Assembly: GCA_048887225.1 (NCBI GenBank)
Contig: JBHLJY010000037.1
Location: 1-16,273 of the forward strand
Direction of reading: 5' to 3'
Source: Candidatus Hodarchaeota archaeon
GTDB lineage: Archaea; Asgardarchaeota; Lokiarchaeia; Sigyniarchaeales; SOKP01
Length of the DNA: 16,273 nt
Shown in pieces: positions 7,354 to 15,457 of the stretch (positions are counted from its first letter, which is position 1; the number at the start of each line of letters is the position of its first letter). Made by a program: the position numbers and the translations under genes. Under the pieces are notes generated by a model that was not told the origin of the DNA, did not search any database, and saw only the letters and a program-made list of their open reading frames with translations.

Positions 7354-9522
7354 TTAACGTGTTATAGTTATTTTAATATCAACCGCACTATATCCTCTTA
7401 TAAACGATAGAAGCGGATTAATATCAAGCTCGACGATCTCAGGAAAATCGTTGACTAATTGAGAAAGTCGTAGCAATACTTCTATGATAGCATTAATATC
7501 GGATTGACTTTCTCCTCTCACACCTTCTAAAAGACTATAAATTTTAGTTTTTTGTAGCATCTCGTTAGCATCTTTCTCTGTAAATTTATACGATAATCCA
7601 AAAGCCACATCTTTCATAAAATTGGCGTAAATCCCTCCTGTTCCAATCATTAATATTGGCCCAAAAATAGGATCTTTGGACATCCCAATAATTAACTCGT
7701 TTACTTTTTCCTCCTTTTTAAAGTCTATCATTTCTTGGACTTCTACACCATAAATTCGAGAATTTTGCGGACCAAATTTTTTAACGTTGTTAACAATTTG
7801 AATATAAGCCTCAAATGCATCTTGAGGAGTTTCAATATTTAAGGCAATCCCCCCAACATCAGTTTTATGAATTATTTGCGGACTTACTATTTTCATCACT
7901 GATTTTCCAATTTCCTCTTGTAATTCAGTTGCGTCTCTTGGCGTTCTGGCCAATCTTGATTTAGGTGATACAATTCCGTAGCACTCAAAAATTTCACTGG
8001 TTTCATAGCTTAAAAGAACAATACGACTGTCAGCTCTAGCACTATCAAATATTTCTTTAACTCTTTCTTTATTTACATCAAATTTTGGAATAAACCTTTC
8101 CTCTAATGGAGTAGAATTTAGATATTCACGATATTTTGTTAGAGTTTTAAGCGAATGAGCCGCTCTATCGGGAAAATGATAGCAAGGGATATGATTTTGT
8201 TTTAAATAATTTCTCCCTTCTGCTATTGATTTTTCGCCTATAAAAGAACATACAATTGGCTTTCCTTGTTTTCTCAAATGATTAGATGAAAGTTCGTGAA
8301 TTAACTTAGCAACTTCGGTTGGTCTTGTTTGAGCTTGAGGTGTAACTATTATTAAGGCTCCCTCTGTGGTGATATCTTGGTTAGTTTCGCTTTTTTCATT
8401 AACACCAAATACAGTTTGAATCGTAAATTTGTATCTATCTGGTGTAGCATCTCCTACAATATCAATAGGATTAAAAATAGCTGCTTCCAATGGCAAATTT
8501 TCTCTTAACTTATGAAGAATCCCTTCGGAAAAACCAGCAAATTTTAAATCTTCACGCTCAAATGCATCAGTTGCTACAATACCAGGCCCTCCAGCATTTG
8601 TAATTATCGTAAAAGAATTAAGTTTTGGAATAGGTTGATAAAGAAAAATTTCTCCATAATCAAAAAGATCCTCAATCGTTTTTGCTCTAACAACCCCGCA
8701 TTTCTCAAATGCTAGATCATATGCGATATCAGCTCCAGCTAACGCACCAGTATGACTCGAAGCTGCTCTTGCGCCTGCTTCACTCACTCCTGATTTTAAT
8801 ATTATAACTGGTTTTTTTCTAGTCGCTTTAGGTAGCAACTCTAAAAATCTATCACCGTCCTTTATACTTTCCAAGTAACATAGAATAACTTTTGTTTCAT
8901 CGTCGTTTGCTAGATAATCTATAAAATCTACAGCGCCCAGATCTGCTTTATTTCCCAAACTTATATTGCATGAAAATCCAAAGGCTTGTGTCATTGAATA
9001 ATCCATCATCCCGGTTAGCATTGCTCCTGATTGAGAGATCATTGCAATATAACCTTTTTTAGGAGTTTCTGCCGCAAACGAACCGTTATAATATAAACCT
9101 AAGAATCCGAGACAATTTGGGCCTAAAATTCTCATGTCGTATTTTTTTCCAATCTCAATCAACTGTTCTTCACGGTCAACGCCTTCACCTCCAATTTCTT
9201 TAAAGCCAGCAGATATAATAATTAGGCCTTTAACACCCTTTTTGCCACACTCTTCTGCTACTGAAGCTACGAATTTTGCTGGTATCACGAAAATAGCAAT
9301 ATCGATCTCATCGTGAACATCCAAAACGCTTTTATATGCTTTATGCCCAAGTATTTCATTAGCTTTAGGATTAATAGGATAAATTTTTCCATCATATCCA
9401 GAGTTAATAATATTGTTTAAAACTGTATTACCGACTTTTCCAGTAGTTGGGGTTGCTCCAATAACAGCTATAGATTTTGGGTTAAAAAAATAGGAAAGAG
9501 GTGATGATTGATTATCTGCCAT
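7354..9522 (-). CDS. acd: ADP-forming acetate/acyl-CoA ligase, fused alpha-beta (ACD)
   Basis: FNPKSIAVIGA CoA-binding domain, GPNCLG, SQSGA, SLGNKAD, ASSHTGALAG phospho-His, TNAGGPG, NPIDIVGDA, and an ATP-grasp with KIVSPQIIHKTDVGG and ELDINPL. There is no GNAT domain. Confidence 0.93.
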   Translation of the reverse strand: MADNQSSPLSYFFNPKSIAVIGATPTTGKVGNTVLNNIINSGYDGKIYPINPKANEILGHKAYKSVLDVHDEIDIAIFVIPAKFVASVAEECGKKGVKGLIIISAGFKEIGGEGVDREEQLIEIGKKYDMRILGPNCLGFLGLYYNGSFAAETPKKGYIAMISQSGAMLTGMMDYSMTQAFGFSCNISLGNKADLGAVDFIDYLANDDETKVILCYLESIKDGDRFLELLPKATRKKPVIILKSGVSEAGARAASSHTGALAGADIAYDLAFEKCGVVRAKTIEDLFDYGEIFLYQPIPKLNSFTIITNAGGPGIVATDAFEREDLKFAGFSEGILHKLRENLPLEAAIFNPIDIVGDATPDRYKFTIQTVFGVNEKSETNQDITTEGALIIVTPQAQTRPTEVAKLIHELSSNHLRKQGKPIVCSFIGEKSIAEGRNYLKQNHIPCYHFPDRAAHSLKTLTKYREYLNSTPLEERFIPKFDVNKERVKEIFDSARADSRIVLLSYETSEIFECYGIVSPKSRLARTPRDATELQEEIGKSVMKIVSPQIIHKTDVGGIALNIETPQDAFEAYIQIVNNVKKFGPQNSRIYGVEVQEMIDFKKEEKVNELIIGMSKDPIFGPILMIGTGGIYANFMKDVAFGLSYKFTEKDANEMLQKTKIYSLLEGVRGESQSDINAIIEVLLRLSQLVNDFPEIVELDINPLLSFIRGYSAVDIKITITR

Positions 9523-9729
9523 TTTTTAATCTATCGCAAATATACTTTTTGTAAGGAGTATAAAACTTTATAACTCTGATTATTTTTAAAGTTTTCATAT
9601 AAAAGAAAATTCATGTAGGAAGTACGTTTTATGCAATATTCAATGGTTTTATGATGCAATAGTGATTTTTTTATTAGTTGTATATAATTAAATCTGAATG
9701 CTTTTAAAAGAATCAAACTTATCATTCTT

Positions 9730-10206
9730 ATGACTAAAACTGTTATAGTTACTAATAAAGGGGACATTAATATGAATTTGTTTGACGATGATGCCCCAAT
9801 GACTGTTGCTAGCTTCTTATTTTTAATTAAGCAAGGTTTTTATAGTGGGATCGTTTTCCATAGAGTTATTGCAGACTTTATGATTCAAGCAGGATGCCCG
9901 TTTGCTAAAGGATATGGAGGACCTAAAGATAAGGGTATCCTTTCTTTTCCCTTTCAAGGGAAGAATATTAGCTATCCTTTTGTTGACGAATTTCAGAGCG
10001 GGAGAACATTTAATAAACCAGGATTATTAGCAATGGCAAATGCTGGGGCAAATACAAATGGATCCCAATTTTTTATCACGCACGTCCCAACTCCGCACCT
10101 TAACAATTCTCATACTATTTTCGGAGAAGTGATAAGCGAAGCAGATCAAATAGTTGTAAACTCTATTCAACAAGGGGACCAAATAATAGAGATAAAAATA
10201 CTTTAG
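9730..10206 (+). CDS. ppiB: Cyclophilin-type peptidyl-prolyl cis-trans isomerase
   Basis: APMTV..F, FYSGIVFHRVIADFMIQ, LAMANAGANTNGSQFFIT and HLNNSHTIFGEV motifs. Confidence 0.93.
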   Translation: MTKTVIVTNKGDINMNLFDDDAPMTVASFLFLIKQGFYSGIVFHRVIADFMIQAGCPFAKGYGGPKDKGILSFPFQGKNISYPFVDEFQSGRTFNKPGLLAMANAGANTNGSQFFITHVPTPHLNNSHTIFGEVISEADQIVVNSIQQGDQIIEIKIL

Positions 10207-10330
10207 AAATTTCAATATCGAATTTCTTTAGAATAAACAATATTATTTTTTTAAATAAATTTATTAGAACGTAGAGTTATATTATCTAAGTAGGAAGTTA
10301 ATATTTTAAATAACTAGTTATAGAAGCAGT

Positions 10331-12034
10331 ATGAGAAAAGATTTAAAAAATCTAATTGATTCAGTTGAAGATCAAGAAACAGAAAAGTCCGACTATGAAC
10401 AAATAATAGAAAATTTAAAAGAAAAAATAAATAAACTAAATTTTTCTTTAAATGAGCAAAAATTACTAATTAAAGAGCAAGAAAAAAAACTGAATAAAAG
10501 AGAAGATTTAGATATCCCTGAAGAGTTCCAGATTTTAAAAGATATGGTTATATCACAGAGACAAGACTTGAAAAAGAAAGATAAAGATATTGAGATTTTA
10601 GAAGAAAGAATCGATGAATTATTGGCTCAATTAGATAACAGCGCTAAGTCTGGAGATGAAATGACTAATAATCAAGAATTAATTAAAGCCAAAAAATTAG
10701 TTGTGCAATTAACTGAAGAAAATGAGACTTATAAACAGAATGAAAATAATACTAAAGAACTTATTGAAAATTTAAAAAAAGAAAACGAAACATATCGTTT
10801 AGAGAATGAAACCCTTAAAAATCAGCTTCAAATTTTTGAATCTGAAGCCTTTGAAAAAAGCTTAGGAGAAATTAATTCAGAAGAAATAGAGAGTGAATCT
10901 CTTAGTGCAGAAAATTTAAAATTAGAAGTTAAAGATTTGAAAAGTAAGATTATTCATTTAAAACAAAAACTAGAAACAACGAAATCTCCTTCTGAAGAAG
11001 ATATAATACTTCCTGACCAACCTGATGGAATTATTGAGAATCTATTAACTCTTGAGAAAGAAAATAATAAGCTAAAGAAAGATCTTGATACAGCAAATAT
11101 TACAATTGATAATTTAGTTGAAGAAATAAATGGTAAAATGAAAGAGATTTCTAATCAAGAAAAGGAAATTAGAGAGAAAAATATTAAAATAAGTGCGTTA
11201 ACCGAAAAATTTGACAGTACAAAGCGCCGAAATATAGAGCTACAAAAAGAATTAGAAGAATTTTCAGAAGATTCGGGGCTGTCTAAAGATAAACTCGAAT
11301 ATTATGAATTTGAACTTCAAGAATCTGAAAAAACAATAAATCAATTGAAAAATGAAAATATTCGCTTAAATAATTTGGTTTCAGAATTAAATGATAGCAA
11401 ATTATTTCCTGATAAAAAATTGGAAACACAAACACCTTATGATAAAGAGTTAGAGGAAATGATTGATTATTTGGAAAAAGAAAATCACCAATTAAAAAAA
11501 TCAATCATAGAATTGAGGGAGAAAGAATCCAGTTCATCTGTCAAATTAGAAACAAGTGAATCTTCTTATAAAGATATTCTAGACACAAATAAAAATCTGA
11601 GAGCGGAGAATGAACGGTTAAACAATTTGATTTTAGATTTAAAAAAAATCAAGACTATTACATCTGATGATAATATATCAGTTGCTCCTAAACTCTATCA
11701 AAATTTACTTTTTATGAGATTGTTTAATAACTTAGATAAATATAGAAGGGAATTATTAATTGATTCACTAATCCAGGATCTCGTTAATTCAAAGAGTTTA
11801 GATATTAAAAGATACATCATAGACATAGTAAGCGAAATTAAGGGCGAGGTAAGAATCCGTGATACTTTAATAGATATGATTAATAACGAGGATTGGTTAA
11901 TTAGGTTGTATTTAGTTAAAGCGCTCAGTAAATTTGATACTGAAGATACAAAAGATGCTTTAGAAGAACTCCTTAATGATACTGATATAGACGTAAGAGA
12001 GGCAGCAAAAAAAGCGTTAAAAAGAATTTCATAA
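10331..12034 (+). CDS. Long coiled-coil protein with C-terminal HEAT repeats
   Basis: About 440 aa of E/K/N/L-rich heptad sequence, then LIQDL..DIKRYIIDIVSEI, LIDMINNEDWLIRLYLVKALSKF and LEELLNDTDIDVREAAKKAL (HEAT/PBS-lyase type). Confidence 0.85.
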   Translation: MRKDLKNLIDSVEDQETEKSDYEQIIENLKEKINKLNFSLNEQKLLIKEQEKKLNKREDLDIPEEFQILKDMVISQRQDLKKKDKDIEILEERIDELLAQLDNSAKSGDEMTNNQELIKAKKLVVQLTEENETYKQNENNTKELIENLKKENETYRLENETLKNQLQIFESEAFEKSLGEINSEEIESESLSAENLKLEVKDLKSKIIHLKQKLETTKSPSEEDIILPDQPDGIIENLLTLEKENNKLKKDLDTANITIDNLVEEINGKMKEISNQEKEIREKNIKISALTEKFDSTKRRNIELQKELEEFSEDSGLSKDKLEYYEFELQESEKTINQLKNENIRLNNLVSELNDSKLFPDKKLETQTPYDKELEEMIDYLEKENHQLKKSIIELREKESSSSVKLETSESSYKDILDTNKNLRAENERLNNLILDLKKIKTITSDDNISVAPKLYQNLLFMRLFNNLDKYRRELLIDSLIQDLVNSKSLDIKRYIIDIVSEIKGEVRIRDTLIDMINNEDWLIRLYLVKALSKFDTEDTKDALEELLNDTDIDVREAAKKALKRIS

Positions 12035-12068
12035 TAAAGTAATATCGCTACAGATATAAGTGTAGAAA

Positions 12069-12326
12069 ATGAGAAAATATGCCCTTGACAGATGGAACTT
12101 TTCAGATAAAACTGGCAAATGGGTATATGTCACTAAAGATAAAAATGGTATACGGAAATATATTTATCAACTTAAGCCACCTCAAGAATTTATAGAGCTT
12201 AGTTTTAAAATAAATGAAATTAATGAAAAAATACTCGCTACAGAGGACCAAAAAGAAATTAAAAGACTCTACATGGAAATGATGAAAATTTCGAAAAAAA
12301 TGCAAGCAATGAGAAGAAATAAATAA
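12069..12326 (+). CDS. Small hypothetical protein (aromatic beta-meander plus helical hairpin)
   Basis: 85-aa ORF with ATG start 34 nt after the coiled-coil gene on the same strand, followed by a T-rich tract. Confidence 0.72.
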   Translation: MRKYALDRWNFSDKTGKWVYVTKDKNGIRKYIYQLKPPQEFIELSFKINEINEKILATEDQKEIKRLYMEMMKISKKMQAMRRNK

Positions 12327-12359
12327 TAATTAGTTTTTCTTTTATTCTCTATTAAAAAA

Positions 12360-12668
12360 TTATTTATGAGAATAACTTTTTTTAAAAGACGATTCAATTG
12401 TTTCTTGTATTAAATCGTCAATTTCCTTTAGACCGAAAAATTTTTCGTAAGAATCTTTAACATGTACGATTCCTTGTTCTAAAAAATCGCATTCTGGATT
12501 TGAACAAAAATTTACCGCCTTATGAGTGATACCAATTTTTTTTACACCCTTGAATTTATTTTCATCAATTTTTAATCTTTTTAAATATAGTTTAGCCTTA
12601 CATAGAGGACATTTCTGATTTGATTTTATTGCATTACAATCTTTAAATGCTTCTTGTAATGTACTCAT
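12360..12668 (-). CDS. Small zinc-ribbon protein
   Basis: 102-aa ORF with CPLC...FCSNPEC four-Cys zinc-ribbon pattern. Confidence 0.75.
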   Translation of the reverse strand: MSTLQEAFKDCNAIKSNQKCPLCKAKLYLKRLKIDENKFKGVKKIGITHKAVNFCSNPECDFLEQGIVHVKDSYEKFFGLKEIDDLIQETIESSFKKSYSHK

Positions 12669-12808
12669 ATGGCGTTTTTTTTGTATTGTAATTCGGTTTA
12701 AACTTTTTAATAGTTAAAAATTCTCTCCTAACACAAGTTAAAAAAAGCTATTATTACGTGGATATTATTGATATTTTAGAAAAAAAATCAAATATACGCT
12801 AAATTATC

Positions 12809-13528
12809 CTAAGATCGAATAAAAGAATTTAATTTTTGCTTTAAAATCCTCATCATTTTTAAGTTTAATTTAAGGAATACGTCCATAGCAGACTTAAGGG
12901 ATATGTTATTTCCAACGGAAATATAAAAGTATCTTTTAGAACCGATTTTAGGAATAGCATAACCAAGTATGCGATCTTGATAATAAATCTCTGAAAATTT
13001 TATGTTTTTTTTGGTTTCTTTAAGTTCTCCGAAGAGTAACTTTTTGGTATAACCAATAACAGGAATATTGATTTTTAATCCAAAATCACAAGCACAACCG
13101 TACAAAAATGGATGGATTTGCCCGCTAGAGTTAACAATATAACAATCTGGTACGATTTTTGAATCACAAATCAAATCCATATAAACATCTGTTTGATTTA
13201 AAAATAATATAGACGATAAATATTTTGTAAATATTGGTTTAAATGATTTAAAACTTATATTGACAATCTCATTATCGGAAATATTATAGATTAATAAACC
13301 AGAATATGCCAAACCTTCTAAAAATCTAATTTTAATCAATCCTATTAGATTATATTCTGTGTTTTTATCTATTAAAGATACTTTTTTCGCATTTTCTTTC
13401 TGGAATTCGCGAACTTCCTCTAATGTCGAGAATGGAGTATTTATCAGATATGGTTGAACACATTCAGGACATACATAATAATATTCAATAGAGTGGACTT
13501 TACATCTATCAGTTTTAATAAAAAACAA
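12809..13528 (-). CDS. Endonuclease V homolog, predicted catalytically inactive, with N-terminal CxxH-x7-CxxC motif
   Basis: EEVREFQ, PDCYIVNSSGQIHPFLYGCACDFG, IPVIGYTKKLLFG and YISVGNNISL match EndoV motifs. The catalytic Asp/Glu/Asp align to K66/Q112/N133. The start is TTG. Confidence 0.85.
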   Translation of the reverse strand: MFFIKTDRCKVHSIEYYYVCPECVQPYLINTPFSTLEEVREFQKENAKKVSLIDKNTEYNLIGLIKIRFLEGLAYSGLLIYNISDNEIVNISFKSFKPIFTKYLSSILFLNQTDVYMDLICDSKIVPDCYIVNSSGQIHPFLYGCACDFGLKINIPVIGYTKKLLFGELKETKKNIKFSEIYYQDRILGYAIPKIGSKRYFYISVGNNISLKSAMDVFLKLNLKMMRILKQKLNSFIRS

Positions 13529-13651
13529 CCTTGCTTATTTATGTATCATATTAACAAGAATTAATGGGTTATAAATTATTAGTAAAATTTCTTATAAAAG
13601 TTAATTAAATGTAAAGATTTAATTTATCTTAAAAAATATATCACAAAGATT

Positions 13652-14455
13652 ATGAAAATCGCAGTTTCTGGCAAAGGAGGAGTAGGTAAAACTTTAATAG
13701 CGGGGACATTAGCAAGAATGTTTGCTAAAGATGGTTTTAGAGTTTTAGCTATTGATAATGATTCTGCTATGAATTTAAGTTATACTTTAGGAATAAATAA
13801 TGAAGTAAAATCGAAAATAGTTCCCATCTCAGAAATGAAAAAGCTGATTGAAGAGCGTACGACAATTGAAGGTGGTGGTCCAGGCGTATATAACATTAAT
13901 CCAGAAGTTTCTGACATCCCTGATAGATTCAAGGTTCTTGGCCCAGATGGATTGCAATTGCTCGTGCTAGGTAGTATCGAAGAACCCGCAACCGGATGTC
14001 TCTGTCCTGAAAACGCTTTAATTAGAACTTTATTATATAATTTATTCGTTAAAAGAGATGAAATCGTAATTGTTGATTTTGAAGCAGGCTTAGAACATTT
14101 AGGAAGAGGCACGGCTAAGGGTATTGATGTGATGTTAGTTGTAACTGAACCCTCTCAAAAATCGTTAGATTTATGCTCCAAAATTATAGAATTATCCAAA
14201 AAATTAGGAATTATTAATATTTATTTAATTGCAAATAAAATAATAGACAACTCACAGATAGATGCGATCATTCAAAGAATTAAAGATTGGGAAGTACCCC
14301 TTTATCACACAATGCCCTTTGATTACGAGATTGGAAAGGCTGATTTAAGCGGCATTTCTCCCTTAGATTTTAACCCAAATTCAAATGGAGTAAAAGCAAT
14401 TGAGAATTTATATTTAAAATTAAAACAATTAAAAATAGAACTATTTGATTTATAA
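13652..14455 (+). CDS. cooC: CO dehydrogenase/acetyl-CoA synthase nickel-insertion ATPase (CooC/AcsF)
   Basis: MKIAVSGKGGVGKT deviant Walker A, GCLCPEN Ni-binding CxC and DFEAGLEHLGRGTAKGID motifs. Confidence 0.93.
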   Translation: MKIAVSGKGGVGKTLIAGTLARMFAKDGFRVLAIDNDSAMNLSYTLGINNEVKSKIVPISEMKKLIEERTTIEGGGPGVYNINPEVSDIPDRFKVLGPDGLQLLVLGSIEEPATGCLCPENALIRTLLYNLFVKRDEIVIVDFEAGLEHLGRGTAKGIDVMLVVTEPSQKSLDLCSKIIELSKKLGIINIYLIANKIIDNSQIDAIIQRIKDWEVPLYHTMPFDYEIGKADLSGISPLDFNPNSNGVKAIENLYLKLKQLKIELFDL

Positions 14456-14692
14456 CATATTAGCGAGATCCATATCTTGGTCTTCTGCTATTTCCCGCCA
14501 TTGCTCTATTGCTTCCATAGCTTCCTTTTCGTTTATCTGTTCAATCGCATAGCCTGCATGAACTATTACATATCTGCCTATCTCTGGATTTTGAATTAAT
14601 GCAATGATTACGTTCTGTTTTATCCCATCGAAATCCACTAATGCAGAATTGCCACTAATTTCTAAAATTTTTCCTGGAATTGCAAGACACAT
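14450..14692 (-). CDS. hypC: [NiFe]-hydrogenase maturation chaperone HypC/HupF
   Basis: MCLAIPGKI N-terminus with Cys2, VDFDG and YVIVHAGYAI motifs. Confidence 0.95.
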   Translation of the reverse strand: MCLAIPGKILEISGNSALVDFDGIKQNVIIALIQNPEIGRYVIVHAGYAIEQINEKEAMEAIEQWREIAEDQDMDLANML

Positions 14693-14863
14693 AATGATTA
14701 TATAAATTGTGTAAATACCGCTGCAATTTATAATATAGAGATGTAAATAAAATTATCTCTTAAATAAGATAAATGGAGCAAAAATTTGAAAGCCTTATTA
14801 ACAAATAGAGGAAAACAATAATTATAATAAAATTAATATATTTGAAATTTGATTTCTAATAAG

Positions 14864-15424
14864 ATGTTGAAAATAATTATAGAAAAATTGAAAGAATTTC
14901 CAAAGCAAAAAGTATTAGCAATAATCACGATAGTTGCTTTTATTGGTTTTTTAATATTAACATTGATAATGCAATCAATTGAGAGAGAATTAAAAGGTTC
15001 TACTGGATATGGTGTTATGGAATTTGAGTTTGCATGGACTCCTGAAATGATAAGGAAAATATTTAATGCTTGGGGTTCGGCTGGAAAGAAAAAAGAAGCA
15101 ACAGCAATATATTGGGATTTTTTATATGTCCCTAGCTATGGGCTTTTTATCGCAGGATGTATTTTACTAGTTACTCGTAAATTAGAAGGAAAACTCCATA
15201 ATTATGGATTATATATAACTATAACTCCATTTATTGCCGGTATTTTTGATGTAATCGAAAATATTAGTCTTCTCTTGATGTTGGGGAACGATGCAACCAT
15301 TGATATGGGTTTTCCCTTTATTGCTTCCTTATGTGCTTTGATTAAATTTATTTTATTATTCATAGGAATATGTTTCTTTATTATAGCTTTAATTACGTTA
15401 ATAATTAATAAAATAAGAAAATAA
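14864..15424 (+). CDS. Uncharacterised membrane protein with about 4 TM helices
   Basis: Four hydrophobic segments with embedded polar motifs DFLYVPSY, AGIFDVIEN and LIKF. Start is ATG 14864 or TTG 14849. Confidence 0.8.
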   Translation: MLKIIIEKLKEFPKQKVLAIITIVAFIGFLILTLIMQSIERELKGSTGYGVMEFEFAWTPEMIRKIFNAWGSAGKKKEATAIYWDFLYVPSYGLFIAGCILLVTRKLEGKLHNYGLYITITPFIAGIFDVIENISLLLMLGNDATIDMGFPFIASLCALIKFILLFIGICFFIIALITLIINKIRK

Positions 15425-15434
15425 AAAAAAAAAA
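15423..15434 (-). terminator. U12 tract on the minus strand, candidate terminator for hdrB
   Basis: A12 on the plus strand about 24 nt past the hdrB stop, between convergent genes. Confidence 0.5.
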
Positions 15435-15457
15435 TTAAAATATTGAATCATTTGTCA

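Noticed and set aside
7354-9522. Protein lysine acetyltransferase Pat/YfiQ
   Set aside because: There is no GNAT domain and both catalytic histidine motifs (SHTG, HKTD) are intact, which favours an active ACD.
9531-9767. 78-aa minus-strand ORF upstream of acd
   Set aside because: It overlaps the cyclophilin start, covers the divergent promoter region and has no recognisable motif. It is probably spurious.
10331-12034. SMC/Rad50 or myosin-like annotation for the coiled-coil protein
   Set aside because: It has no Walker A/B, signature, hinge, zinc-hook or motor domain. Any such similarity would be compositional.
13652-14455. ParA/MinD partition ATPase
   Set aside because: The CxC motif and EAGLEHLGRG identify the CooC subfamily.
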